Source: Coniocarpon cinnabarinum (taxonomy: Eukaryota). From it: a stretch of DNA of 20,000 bases. A model generated the notes under the pieces. The model had not been told where the DNA came from, did no database searches, and saw only the letters and a list, made by a program, of their open reading frames with translations. Shown here one piece after another: positions 7,864 through 19,049 of the stretch; position 1 is the stretch's first letter, and each line of letters opens with the position of its first letter. The DNA is taken from positions 52,933 to 72,932 of the forward strand of contig JAVECO010000119.1 of the NCBI GenBank assembly GCA_051942205.1, written 5' to 3'. The translations under genes and the position numbers were made by a program.

Positions 7864-10800
7864 TCAAGCACCGTGCATGCTAGTGTCTTCCACGTAGCCC
7901 CACTGATCCAGCCAGAGAGCCATCCAATCCGGATGTATAGGCTGTAGTGCCTGCATCGTCGGACTAGCGGCCACAGTCTTCTTTGTGGCAAGCCTGCTCT
8001 TACCATCATGTCTTTCCACAACTTCGAAGAAACGTAGCATTTTCAAGACGGGGTATCTAGTCAGCGCCAATTCATTGTTCACATCAAACTGTTTCACTCT
8101 GTTGAACCAATCATGCCAAGGTACAATGGGAACGTTCCGAGGTCCACCAAGTCGCGCCTGTACAGTATCCATGAGCGCATACCACGGAGCGAGTCGAGGG
8201 TTGCTAAGGTTGTAGACGGTAGAAGCGGGGCAGCTCTCGCTCAAGATGTCTCTGATGAGAAGATCATCGACAATGACCTTTCCAAGTACATCCACAGGAA
8301 CCCAATCGACCTCAGACATATCACCAGGGATACAGCCCAGGTTCCGGGACGTCTCGATTATGGACGGAAGCCATTCGCTCCGGTTCCAAGCAGGTCCCAT
8401 GGCTTCTGGGAAGATACCAACGGGGCCTGCAATTTGACCGGAGCGTAGTATAGAAATCGGCACGCCCGCTTTGGTTGGAGCAGCGGCCAGGATCCGTTCA
8501 GCGACGTATTTCGATTGACCGTAGCCCATTTGCTGAGCGACATTGGGATTCACAAGGATTTCTTCAGGAACCGGCTCCCACTGGTTGCGTGGTTCGTGAT
8601 AGTTGCCGACAGACGCGATTGAAGAGACGAACATTATACGGGGTCGCCGAGGACTGATCTGTGAGAACCGAATGAAGTTGGCAACGCCTCGAATATGGAC
8701 AGGCTCGAATGAGCTCAAGCTATGATTGAAATCGACTTTCCATGCGTTATGAATGATTGCGTCCACTTGTTGCGTCAATATTTGGTACAAATCTGCGGAG
8801 AAGCCGAGCTGAGGCTCTCCAAATGCAGTCTGCAGGAAAGTGACTTTATAGTCCGGTATGGCTAGTGCAGGCATTGCAGCTTGTATACGTGAGCGAGCAT
8901 TGTCAGTCCGGTCCAAACAAAAGACATGCCGTATCTGTGGAGATGAGATCAAGCTTTGAACTATCCTCATGCCCAGCGAGCCAGTCGACCCTGTCAGCGC
9001 TATTGCAATCTGTCCAGGCTGAGGATGCTGTCGCGGGATGGCACCGTCTGCAAGTTCCATGGCTGAGATGTATCTCGCAATCATGCTCTCTACAGCCGCC
9101 ACCGCCGCGTGGGATGCGTCATCTCCAGAGGGCTGCTCCTGCGTAATGAATGTTTCCAAGGCATCTGCGAGATTAGCGACGCAGGGAAAGTCAAAAATCG
9201 TCTGGCCTGTCAGCCATCGAAGATCGCCGTATTTGGGCTTGAGGCCTGCCTTGAGCATACGCGTGAACTCCACGGTTTGTACGCTGTCTAGACCATTGAC
9301 GTAGAAGTCATCTTCATCATTGAACGTATCGTGCGACAGCGGCGAGAGCATCCGAGCACAGTCACGAATAAACACTTGAAGATTTTCGCGAAGACTGCCG
9401 AAGTCTCCCAGGGTAGGCCCTGCATAGCAGTCGCCATTCATACCCTCTCCATAAAGTGTTTCCACCAGATTTGAATACTTCTCGAGGCTGAGCCTCCTTA
9501 CGACTGTCCCCTTTGCCGCGCGAACAAGTCCCGCAGGCTCTACAAGCCCGATCTTGGATCGCAATAGCAAGCCCTGTCGCTGTGACTGAGCGTTTGCAGT
9601 CTCGATCGTGGGCCATAGCTCCTCGAGGAATGCTTCAGCATTCTCGACTTCGTCTTTCGGTTCAATCAAGGCCGCTGGCTGTTGTCTGTTGTCACCAAAT
9701 ATGAGCACACCAGATACCCTAGGGCTGTTCAGAATGATGCCTTCCGAATTGAGGGGATTCCATTTCTCGCCATTCGAGAATATGATGATGTCATCGTTGC
9801 GAGCATAAAAGGTCCAGAGACCCGGCTTGGTGGGATGTCGCATAAACATGTCTTTCGTTCGGTACTCCTGGAGGTGTGGATGGGTCCAGTAGATTCCGCG
9901 CCTGGAGGCTTCCGGCTCATCATTGTGAAAGACGAGTTCGTATGCTCCATCCATGATGAGCTGCATGTCATTGCCCCAGTGTGGATGGAATTCAAGATAT
10001 GCCCAGTCTTCAGGGAGAGGAATGAGTGTCTTGTTTGGGCCAGTCTCTGTTGATCCGAAGATGGTGGCCACTTTGACGCCGTGTTTGACAAGACGATCGC
10101 CACAGGCACGCGACAGAGGTCCACCAGCATAGATCATGACTTCCTGCTGAACTAGCAGCTCCATGCCTCCTGGCAGTGCTGAGATTTGCTCGATGATTGA
10201 AGGTGGCGCGTAGGTGCCCCGGACAGGTTGCTGTTCCATGATTTGTTTCGCCAATTGCGCTGTTGCAGGTCGATCGGGTAACGCAAATATGGCGCTAGCT
10301 TCTACTGCATACACAGGCAAGACACAGGTAGCTTGAAAGCCTGCAAGATGACAGCAAGGAAACGGGGCAAAGAAAGCTCCACCTCCGTCAAAATCAAAGG
10401 CCAACATCCCAGACAGATGACGACCGGGAGGAGGTTGCATGTACGCGTGCGAGGCTGCCATGTAGCCGTTATTGATTGTGACAGCTTTGGGTGGGCCTAG
10501 AATGAGGACTCGGTCAGATGAAGGCTTACTGACGTGCAAGACGCAGTGGACGCACCCGTAGAGCCGGAACTGTGAAGTACTAATATAGGATCCCATTTGC
10601 CTTCTTCGAAGCTTCGTTCGAATGGAAAGTGCCGAGTGTACGAGTCGAGCCAGTGGTCGAAATCTTCGACGACTTGTAATGTCATGCCAGGAACGAGTGC
10701 TTGGACTGCCTTGCCCACGGACGCGAGCTCAGGCGACAAAAAAAACTTTCGACATTGTGTGGTTTCGAACAGGATTGCGTTCTGCTGCGGGGTGTTCTTT

Positions 10801-11161
10801 GGAGACAGCATCAAGGTCTGTGGTGGCTCGTCAGATGCCTTCTTCACGTAATGGGTCTGCTTCGTACCTTGTAACCACATTTGATCGCCGCATAAAATAC
10901 CACAGCATATCTCAGGTCATTGACGCCCGTGTACGCAATTGTTTCGAAGTCGCTGCTTGTTCCATACTCCTCCTTCATGGCCCACGCGAATGAATCGATA
11001 GCGCACGCGACCTCCCGCATGGTAACATATCGTAAGCCATCTGCAATGTTGGAGGACTCTGGCAGACAGGCCCAAATCTTGTCAGGTTTGACCTTGAGCC
11101 ACAGGTCCAGTGCCTGGATGAGAGTGCGCGTACTCTTTGATTGCCGAGTGGGGTACTCCAT
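7864..11161 (-). CDS. NRPS-like enzyme (adenylation-thiolation-thioester reductase; fungal carboxylic-acid-reductase type), ~1062 aa; exons 11161-10868, 10817-10556, 10496-7864
   Basis: Introns 10867-10818 (GTACGA..CTGAC..CAG, 50 nt) and 10555-10497 (GTGCGT..CTGAC..TAG, 59 nt) join three ORF-track fragments in frame. A-domain motifs LHSSGSTGPPK, FGSTETG, YRTKDMF, RNDDII, GEKWNP and AAKGTV; T-domain FYVNGLDSVQ (phosphopantetheinyl Ser); R-domain LTGSTGSLG, IIHNAWKVDF and YGQSK. Confidence 0.93.
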
Positions 11162-12343
11162 AATGTTTGCAGCTATGCGGCATTCAATGACACAGAGTCT
11201 GATCTGCTCAGTGGGGACTTGGGGTGGATTGAAAGGCTTAGGCTTGCTCTGGTCAAGGTGTATTCAAGCGCATTGCAAATTACGCTACTCGACGGTGTGG
11301 TGATGACCTGCCCGTGCTTTCAAGCTCACCGTTTGACTCCTGCTCGCAGACTGTATCTGCACAGACGAAAAGGTCGCCGAGCGGGCGAGTGATGCCATCA
11401 AAGCATACTGTCAGTTCTCGAGTGGACCTCACAATCACGGAACGCTTTGGCACGATTGCTTCGCTGCTTCGGAACTCGCGAACTTTTTTCGGATTCTGCA
11501 GAACAACAGCGTCAAGCCGCCTGAGGATGGATTAGTGCAGCAGGGCTCAAGCGTAGGTATACTGTGCAAAGAACCCAGTCTGGCGCGCCTGCGCCTTCTT
11601 TGGGTCCTCCGAGCAAAATTGTCTCCGTGCATTGAACTCGGCCAGCTAAGTGGCCTAGAACCAGGCAGGGCTGCCATTGGCGGATGGCGACAGGCGAAAA
11701 GGAGGGGCTCGGACGCGGCAGAGACGCGCTATCGGGCTGTGGATCTCTTCGCTGCAGCTAGTGGCGCCATGGCGGGTGGGAGGTCATTGTCCGAAGTCTT
11801 CACACTCAGAGTATCACTGGGACGTGGTGTCTTGTCGTCGCCTTCGTCAGTGTCAACGTAGTTGAACAACTCAGACCGACTGTGAGCTCAGAGGGTCAAG
11901 AACCTCCAGGCATGACTTACGCAGCACAAATGCTGATGCTGTTCGCTATGGGCAAGTCAGCGAGACGTTCTGGGAACAGAGGCTGAGGCTTTGAAGAAGT
12001 GGGAGATTATCAACTGAGATAGTATCTGGAGAGGAATGTGTGGACCAGCTGCAGCGGTCGTGATGTGCAAACAATCGATGGACGAGGCCGAGCCCAGGGT
12101 TTTGTAACGAGCACAAACGCTTGTAAAACGGTGGGCAGCTCGCTGGACGGTGCCACGTATGTTTTTACCGTGTATGCTCAGGGCCGTACAGCTAGGTCCG
12201 TGCGTCGCAGTTCATTGATAGGTAGAACTCGAAGTGTGCTACGACTGAGATGGTGAGGTGAGCTAGACACGCAAGTATGTACGAGCCCTTGATCTGCAAG
12301 TCGTCGAACTTCACCCTTCTATGAGACCGTATGGCTTTGTCAC

Positions 12344-14539
12344 ATGTCATCCCGGACTTGCGCAGGCCGTCATGCTGCTCATCAGTCGGCCTCCCTTCTT
12401 CACTCCTGCGTCTGGGTTCCCTCAGAGCTCTTCAGCGCGGCGCCCCACCGCTTCCCTGTCGGCAGTCCTCACGTACCTCGACGCCATGGCAGCAATGTTC
12501 CGGGTCCCCTCGAAGCTCGACGTCGGCAGGCAAGGCGCAGGATGAACAATTTTTCGGCGACCGGCGACGTTGCAGCTTACTCCATTCCACCTCCTCTTCC
12601 CAGCCAGACATCATCGCTGAAACTGGACTGGCTTACACGTCTTTGGCGAGGTGACACAGCTCCTCAGTTCACCTACCTCCCTCCTTCGCCACCTTTCGAG
12701 TTGCCGCTACCTCCATGGCTCGAGGCATCATCTCCGCCCACGGACAATGTGCATTGTGACATGGATGGAGTTATGACAAGGGATACAGCCCCGCAAGACC
12801 AAACAACTGCCCCGGCAGACCAACTCAGTGCTCAAATTCTGTGGATCGAGAAGAAAGAGCAAGCACTCGTCTGGGCCAGCGAACTCACGTCCAAGACAGA
12901 AGAATGCATTATCACGGCTCGCCGAGCATTGCGCCAGCACATTTTTCGTTGGGTTAATGCGACTCTGTCCGATATGGTGACTTCTTCCACCTTTGAAAAA
13001 AGACGGGTGGACTTATTGGTCAGCCGCCTCAACAATTGTGAAGATCACTCCTCTCGCTACCAATCGTTCCGAACGGGTCCATTGAAACTCTGCGCTTACA
13101 GATACATGTGGGATTGGCTCCGTGACCACTCCTCACCGCATGATCTTGGAGCGAAGCGCCTTTACTTACACCTGCTGAACAGGACGGCGAGGATTGCCCC
13201 AACAACGGCATCTTGCGATTTTCTTTCCGAGATGCTGACGCACAGGTCTCGATCCTTTCAGCTAAACCCGACTTGGCTTCCGAAAATCTTGATGCACCTC
13301 CTGGAGAAGGAGACCGGCACTGAAGATCCAGCATTGCAGAGCCCACGTCACCTCCGTGCGCTATTGCGCGGGCTCCCAAGACTCACGGCACGGGCGTGGC
13401 TCAGTGCAACGAGGCGACATGTCCACAACAGATGGGAAATGTATCTGCAACATCTCGGAATGCACAGACTTCGTCGCACGCTTCAAGCACTCAGAGACAC
13501 AGCGGACTTTTGTTCATTGTCTGATAGCGTCGTGCGGCCGCGCCGCGACTTCGAACGACTTGTTTCGATGTCAGATCAGGACATATGCCAGGCACTCGAC
13601 CAGGCTTGGCTGTCGAATTGGCAGCCCCGGGGACCCCACGCCAATGAGTGCAATAATTCGGAATCACACACGAGCAGAGACCCCGGGTGCGTTCCAAACA
13701 AGACCTTCGAGCACTTAGCGCCGTACTTCAGACTTCTCCAGCAGCTGGAAGCAGAACCGTTTGTATACCAGAAGCGCGTTCGTCTTATTCTCGGCATCTT
13801 GCTCCGACAGGATCGAGCGCTCGATATGGCGTATCTTGTGGAGCGCCTACATCGCTCACAGATTTTCCAGCTTCCCGTGCCTCAAGCGCCACTCTATGAG
13901 TGGTTGCAGAGGTACGCCATGCTGCATCCCAAAACGGCCGTTAGGCTAAGTAAAATGTGTCCCAAGCAGAACTTTACTTTGCATCACAGCGTCATTGACT
14001 GGATGCGGTTTCCAGACATTTCATCTGCAGCCCTTGATGGGTTTGTGTGGCGTGAAGTCGTAAAAAACCGTGGAGCTCGATTGTTGCGTCGGTCCAGCCT
14101 GACCTACCAAGAACGATCCCAAAGCAGGTTGTCGCCCGAGTTTGTACAGAAAATGCACGTTTTCGCCATCTTGTATGCGCGCGAAACGCGCTTCAATTGC
14201 TTGGGTCGATACAACCGCATCTGGCGACTCTATAAAGTCTTGAAGCTTCACCAAGCCGCCATACACCCCGTCTTTGCGAAAATTATGACATTGACTGGGG
14301 TCATTCTCCCGCTTCTGGAAGGCAGACTTGTGAGCTATCATCGCGCGTACTTTTTGATCGAATTGGAGCACCGATTGCAACCAGATCTGGCTCTAAAGTG
14401 GGATCTACTACGCCTAGGGACCCTTCATTCTGATGCAAGGTCTCAGCATGTTTTGGACTGGGCAGACGACATGTATGGCAAGGAGTGGCGAAAGTGGGTA
14501 GGCATGGAGGAAGCCTGTGTACGAGAGTTATTAATGTGA
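12344..14539 (+). CDS. Uncharacterised fungal protein, 731 aa, probably mitochondrial, with a helical (possibly PPR/solenoid-like) body
   Basis: Uninterrupted 2.2-kb ORF with an acid-poor, Arg/Ser/Ala-rich N-terminus. The segment VWVPSELFSAAPHRF...RRHGSNVPGPLEARRRQARRR resembles an N-terminal motif I recall from Pezizomycotina hypothetical proteins (recollection, unverified). The remainder is Leu/Arg-rich and helical. Confidence 0.8.
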   Translation: MSSRTCAGRHAAHQSASLLHSCVWVPSELFSAAPHRFPVGSPHVPRRHGSNVPGPLEARRRQARRRMNNFSATGDVAAYSIPPPLPSQTSSLKLDWLTRLWRGDTAPQFTYLPPSPPFELPLPPWLEASSPPTDNVHCDMDGVMTRDTAPQDQTTAPADQLSAQILWIEKKEQALVWASELTSKTEECIITARRALRQHIFRWVNATLSDMVTSSTFEKRRVDLLVSRLNNCEDHSSRYQSFRTGPLKLCAYRYMWDWLRDHSSPHDLGAKRLYLHLLNRTARIAPTTASCDFLSEMLTHRSRSFQLNPTWLPKILMHLLEKETGTEDPALQSPRHLRALLRGLPRLTARAWLSATRRHVHNRWEMYLQHLGMHRLRRTLQALRDTADFCSLSDSVVRPRRDFERLVSMSDQDICQALDQAWLSNWQPRGPHANECNNSESHTSRDPGCVPNKTFEHLAPYFRLLQQLEAEPFVYQKRVRLILGILLRQDRALDMAYLVERLHRSQIFQLPVPQAPLYEWLQRYAMLHPKTAVRLSKMCPKQNFTLHHSVIDWMRFPDISSAALDGFVWREVVKNRGARLLRRSSLTYQERSQSRLSPEFVQKMHVFAILYARETRFNCLGRYNRIWRLYKVLKLHQAAIHPVFAKIMTLTGVILPLLEGRLVSYHRAYFLIELEHRLQPDLALKWDLLRLGTLHSDARSQHVLDWADDMYGKEWRKWVGMEEACVRELLM

Positions 14540-14765
14540 ACACGTCACACCCCAGACCATCTAGATGGTGGTGCGACTTTGACTTGAGTATACGAGAAGA
14601 GTATCAATACCCAGTCAGCGCTACGTGAACTCCACGAATGCCTGTGCGGCATCGTTATCATGCAGTGATCCTAAATCCCCGTGATCCGTAAGAGCCATTT
14701 TTCAAGATGTTTACCCTGTCGGTATATGCTGCTTGTCCACGAAAGCTTACAGTGTGCGAGCTCAG

Positions 14766-16274
14766 ATGGAGCGACTTGCGGTTACGAGTGCTCGTCTACT
14801 CTCACAGAAGTCGCACGTGGTGCCAGGGGCGCTCAAGATCACCGAGCATTTTTTCGAGGTCCCGTTGCAGCACGGAAAACCTGGAGCGCCTACCTTGCGT
14901 CTTTTCGCGCGCTCCGCCCACAAGCATACTGTTCCCTTGGACTCCGCCTCAAGCAGCAACGGCCAAGCTCACATCCCATGGCTGCTCTACCTCCAGGGCG
15001 GACCCGGCTTTGAATGCAGATCTCCCCAATCATATCCCTTCACCAAGAGCTTCCTGGACAAGGGTTATGGCGTAATTTTTTTGGACCAGAGAGGCACCGG
15101 CCTCTCTTCGCCAATCACTGCTGCAACACTGCTGCAACAAGGCAACGTTGAAGATCAAGCAAGATATCTTAGCCACTTCAGAGCAGACAATATCGTCAGG
15201 GATGCAGAGGCCGTGAGACTTGCACTCGTGGAAGGCTGGCCTGAGGAGAAGAAGAAATGGAGTCTGATCGGTCAGAGCTTTGGTGGCTTTTGCGCTGTCA
15301 CATATCTGAGCATGTTCCCATCAAGTCTCAGAGAGGCCTTCATAGCGGGTGGCCTGCCGCCAATGCACGAGAAGGGTCCCGACGGAGTGTACAGACGTCT
15401 TGTGAAGCAAGTCGTAAAGCGAAATGAAGATTATTACGGGAAATATCCAGAGGATGTCGAGCGTGTGAAGCAGATCGTTCGTCATATTCAACAACGTAAC
15501 ATGGATGGTGAGCAGGCGGTGGCGCCTTCTGGTGGGGGTGTCCTGTCTGAACGACGCTTCCTTCAGATGGGAATTGCGCTGGGGTTCCATGGTGGTATTG
15601 ACGGCGTTCACGACACAGTTCTGCGCGCAAGCTCCGAAATCGATTCTCTGGGCCTCATTACCAGAGCTACAGCATCGACCATCTGCACCAGCGGAGGGGG
15701 CTATGACACCAACCCTTTGTACTGCATTCTGCACGAACCCCTCTACTGTCAAGGGTAGGTGTGCTACAGGAAGTTATTGATGATAGCTGACTTTGCAAAG
15801 CCGCCCATCCCGATGGTCCGCCAGCAGAACCGTCCACGGAACACCGGAGTTCAGCCTCGAGGACGCACTGAATGATCCAGGACGACCTGTCTATTTCACC
15901 GGTGAGATGGTTTTCCCTTGGATGCTTGAGGATTATTCAGAGCTCCAGGAAATGGCTCTCGCCGCAGAAAACATGGCCAACAAAATGGACTGGCCTCAGT
16001 TGTACGATGTGCATGCTCTCCAACAGAACGAGGTGCCCGTGTACGCCGCTATATATACTGAAGACATGTACGTGGATTGCAACACCGCGCTTGAAACAGC
16101 TCGCAACATCCGTAATTGCAAATATTATCTGACGAACAGGATTTACCGTAAGCTTAAACGAAAAGTCCGCTGAGTACCTTGTACTAACCATTCGGCATAG
16201 ATGACGGCCTTCGGAGCAGGATGGACAATGTCGTGGAGACCCTGTGGAAGTTGAGAACTGATGTCATCGACTGA
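14766..16274 (+). CDS. Proline iminopeptidase (prolyl aminopeptidase, alpha/beta hydrolase), ~469 aa; exons 14766-15754, 15801-16147, 16201-16274
   Basis: Motifs HFFEVPL, YLQGGPGF, LDQRGTGLS, FRADNIVRDAEAVR, nucleophile elbow GQSFGG, LHEPLYCQG, FTGEMVFPW and EDMYVD (catalytic Asp). The catalytic His in HDGLR is formed across intron 16148-16200 (GTAAGC..CTAAC..TAG). Intron 15755-15800 is GTAGGT..GCTGAC..AAG. Confidence 0.93.
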
Positions 16275-17724
16275 GGGACTACTCAGGAAGTCCAAACGCC
16301 GTGTAATCACAGGGATGATTTGTCGCGTCTCCAGGTGGCACTTGGTCCAATTCATTCATCACAGCACGCTGCTGCCATCTATCGCCATCGCAAAGAACGA
16401 TTCTAGCTTCTACCTAAATCACTCAATGTCGTGGCTAGGACTGATTGCTGAAGAGATAGTCGGTACCAGGATTTGACTAACGCTGACAACAGCATCTGGA
16501 ACGCCGCCCCCATTCACAAGTATTGCTGGATAAGCCGTGCCCTCAAAGACTAGAGATGCATCATTTGCAACCTGAGAATCTTGACACAGCGATACCAAAC
16601 ATTCTGGTGCATCGGCTATCTGCACGGGATTGCTATATCAACACTTGGATTCTTAGGCACAATGGAGACGGACAAGCTTTGAATGCACGTGGTAGGCGCG
16701 TGTAGCGCAAGTCGCATTGCGTGCTCGTACCATGATATAATACAATAGTGTCGACTATTGGGACATTTCTTTTTGGGGCAAGCAGCTGCGACTTGGTCGT
16801 GCAAAACCTAATGTTGTCGAAAACTTGAATCGCAAGCTTGCTCAGGTTTCAACCAGCTTCGCTCGACTTGATGAGCTTGCAACAAGGTAAATAGAGATAT
16901 TGGCTGAACGATCTCTTGCCCTGCCTCCTGTTCCCGCCGTCCATCGACTTTGTTGAGGCAGGCAGGTTGGCATTCGGCAGGTTGGCCCTGAGTCCCGCAC
17001 TTTTGTCCTTGACAAAGAACAACACACAAATCCATCTTTCGCTTGCGGCGTAGTATCTTGCCAGGGACGATGACATCTCTACGGCTCCTCACGCTGGAGA
17101 AACTTGGCTTTGCTACAGATATCCGGGTTTCACCGTGGGCGGTGGATGGATCGACCAACACCAAGGTCCGGTTGACAAACGTAACGCTTCCAAGCCCTAA
17201 TTCCGCCGTAGTCTTAATGCGCTGCACTGTTAGGGAAACAAGGTCCTGTGACCCGCGAAACATAGGATACACAAATTCCTGCCTGTTTCACGAATCTATG
17301 GTTTTGCGCTCGAAGACCAGTCGCGCTGCAAGTATCATCAATTGCGCACTTGTGATTTCTAGGAATGTCTGCGCGTAACTCGGTATGATCGCGCTTGGCT
17401 GATGATGACGGCTACTCAGCTACCTACTTCTCGCAAAATCATGACTGTTAAGTTGAAAACAGGGAATCTCGAAAGGTCCAAGCTCGGAATTGTTGTTGGC
17501 AAGGTCGCATGATGACTTATTCGAGGCGCCCACCTTCCAAGTGCCCGCGTTTGCTAGAACAACATAAATAGTCCGAGAGACGCGGATGGTCCTTCACTGT
17601 TTCCTCCATCAACTGCTCTGTATGCTTGACTGATATTGATACTGAGACTCCTATTCATCTTTGCCCGTCCTGAAACACACAGTGACAGTCACATTCTGCC
17701 AGACCCTCGATCCAACAGTCAACA

Positions 17725-18522
17725 ATGGGCACTACTATCCACGCCCAGTCCACGGATCCTCTTGCCGCCATGAAGACTCCCCATTTCCCCACTTCTGACG
17801 GAGATCCTGGTGATAATGAGGAACACAGCATTTTCAACACTCTGCATGAAGCCTATCAAACTTTGCCACTGGTCGACGACGTCGCTAAGCAAGTCACACC
17901 GGCGGTGAAGAAAGACGCAATCTATGGATCGCTGAAGCATCTTATTCTCAAGCACAATCTGGAGGCTAAATTCGGTATAACACTGCTGCATCGGCACTAC
18001 GACATCGAGCCACACGAGCGTGTCGTACAGCACGGCCCAGTGATGTGGCCATGGGATATCGGTACCACGCAAAACCAGGTCACTGTGGTACTCAATGGCA
18101 ATGGCTACGTCAAGCCTCGTGCCTGGCGGTTCGCTGGATTAGACAATGTCCCCTTTGAGTATGAATATACAGCCGTGGACAAAGACCATGAGCTCACAGA
18201 TGCGGAGCTCGATTTTCTCGGGGAATTTGCTAAGGAAATCCATCGCTTGGGCTTGCAGGACCTGTTGGGGATTCGCGATGTTCAGAACCTAGACAAGAAG
18301 CACACGCTTGAATTGACGGTCAACAGATGCAACGTAATGGTCGATCCTGCAGACAAGCCTCGCGATTCCATGACACAAACACTTTGGACATTCTCGCAGC
18401 AATGCCAGCACGACAAAGTTGACCCCTCGTGCATTACTTGCGCCTACCAGATGTGCCACGAACAAGGCGATAGCCACGCGTATCACCACGAGAAATTTAG
18501 CACGAAGCATGCCCGTGCTTGA
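17725..18522 (+). CDS. Hypothetical protein, 265 aa, with a G-I-T-LLHRH motif and a Cys/His-rich C-terminus
   Basis: Intact ORF with ACAATGG start context and a TATA-like CATAAATA at 17563-17570. Globular composition with motifs FGITLLHRHYD, WPW, PRAWRF, PFEYEY and LELT, and the tail CITCAYQMCHEQGDSHAYHH. Confidence 0.8.
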   Translation: MGTTIHAQSTDPLAAMKTPHFPTSDGDPGDNEEHSIFNTLHEAYQTLPLVDDVAKQVTPAVKKDAIYGSLKHLILKHNLEAKFGITLLHRHYDIEPHERVVQHGPVMWPWDIGTTQNQVTVVLNGNGYVKPRAWRFAGLDNVPFEYEYTAVDKDHELTDAELDFLGEFAKEIHRLGLQDLLGIRDVQNLDKKHTLELTVNRCNVMVDPADKPRDSMTQTLWTFSQQCQHDKVDPSCITCAYQMCHEQGDSHAYHHEKFSTKHARA

Positions 18523-19049
18523 CCTGGACCGTCTTGGGTCGAAAATCAAGCTGGAAATCAAGCCGCTGTGCCGGGTAAGTCACTTGAAATCTTTCAGAGT
18601 GATGGCAAATCCGTTATGCAATTTACCAGAACATGCAACAGCTGTCTGCTTCCTGTCCCATCGTTTTGAGATCCTGTAACTGTTTTACTGTGCTTCGTTT
18701 CTTTTGCACAGCTTCACGAGCCTAGTTGACTACGGCACTAACCGTCCCACAGATGAACGCTGCGCTTGTGGTGGGGGCCGGGGGTTCGCGTATTCTATTC
18801 GTTTTTCAGACAGCCCTTGATCCTCGAATGGATTCTTCTAGGAGCCAAATGGATGACGATTACTCTGCCGAGCTTCAACTGCGAAGACTTGCGGTATGTA
18901 GATGAATACGAATAGTCTGCGAAATGATTATGACGATATGCGCTGCCCACTTCTGTAGCCTGTTGCGGCCGTTTAATAACCGCAGTCGCTTCTTTAACAA
19001 TTTTCCGTGCGATGACACGTCGTCTTGCTTGCGAGACTTGATAAGCGTT

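Noticed and set aside
10497..10596. ATG 10596 start of the 910-aa ORF (MGSYISTSQF...)
   Set aside because: This reads through intron 2 and an out-of-frame part of exon 2. Splicing restores the HSSGSTGPPK motif and the true start at 11161.
12244..12310. CTGAGA ... CCCTTGATCTG resembling a second TPP aptamer
   Set aside because: It lacks the P5 stem and CCAGCG, and has no supportable P1/P2 pairing.
7864..16274. NRPS-like reductase plus proline iminopeptidase as a biosynthetic cluster
   Set aside because: They are separated by an unrelated gene, no tailoring, transport or regulator genes are present, and the peptidase is a common stand-alone gene.
16300..17400. Several short ORFs on both strands and a CTAAC/CTGAC..CAG acceptor-like signal near 16476-16492
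   Set aside because: I could not assemble a coherent gene model or recognise a domain; treated as intergenic.
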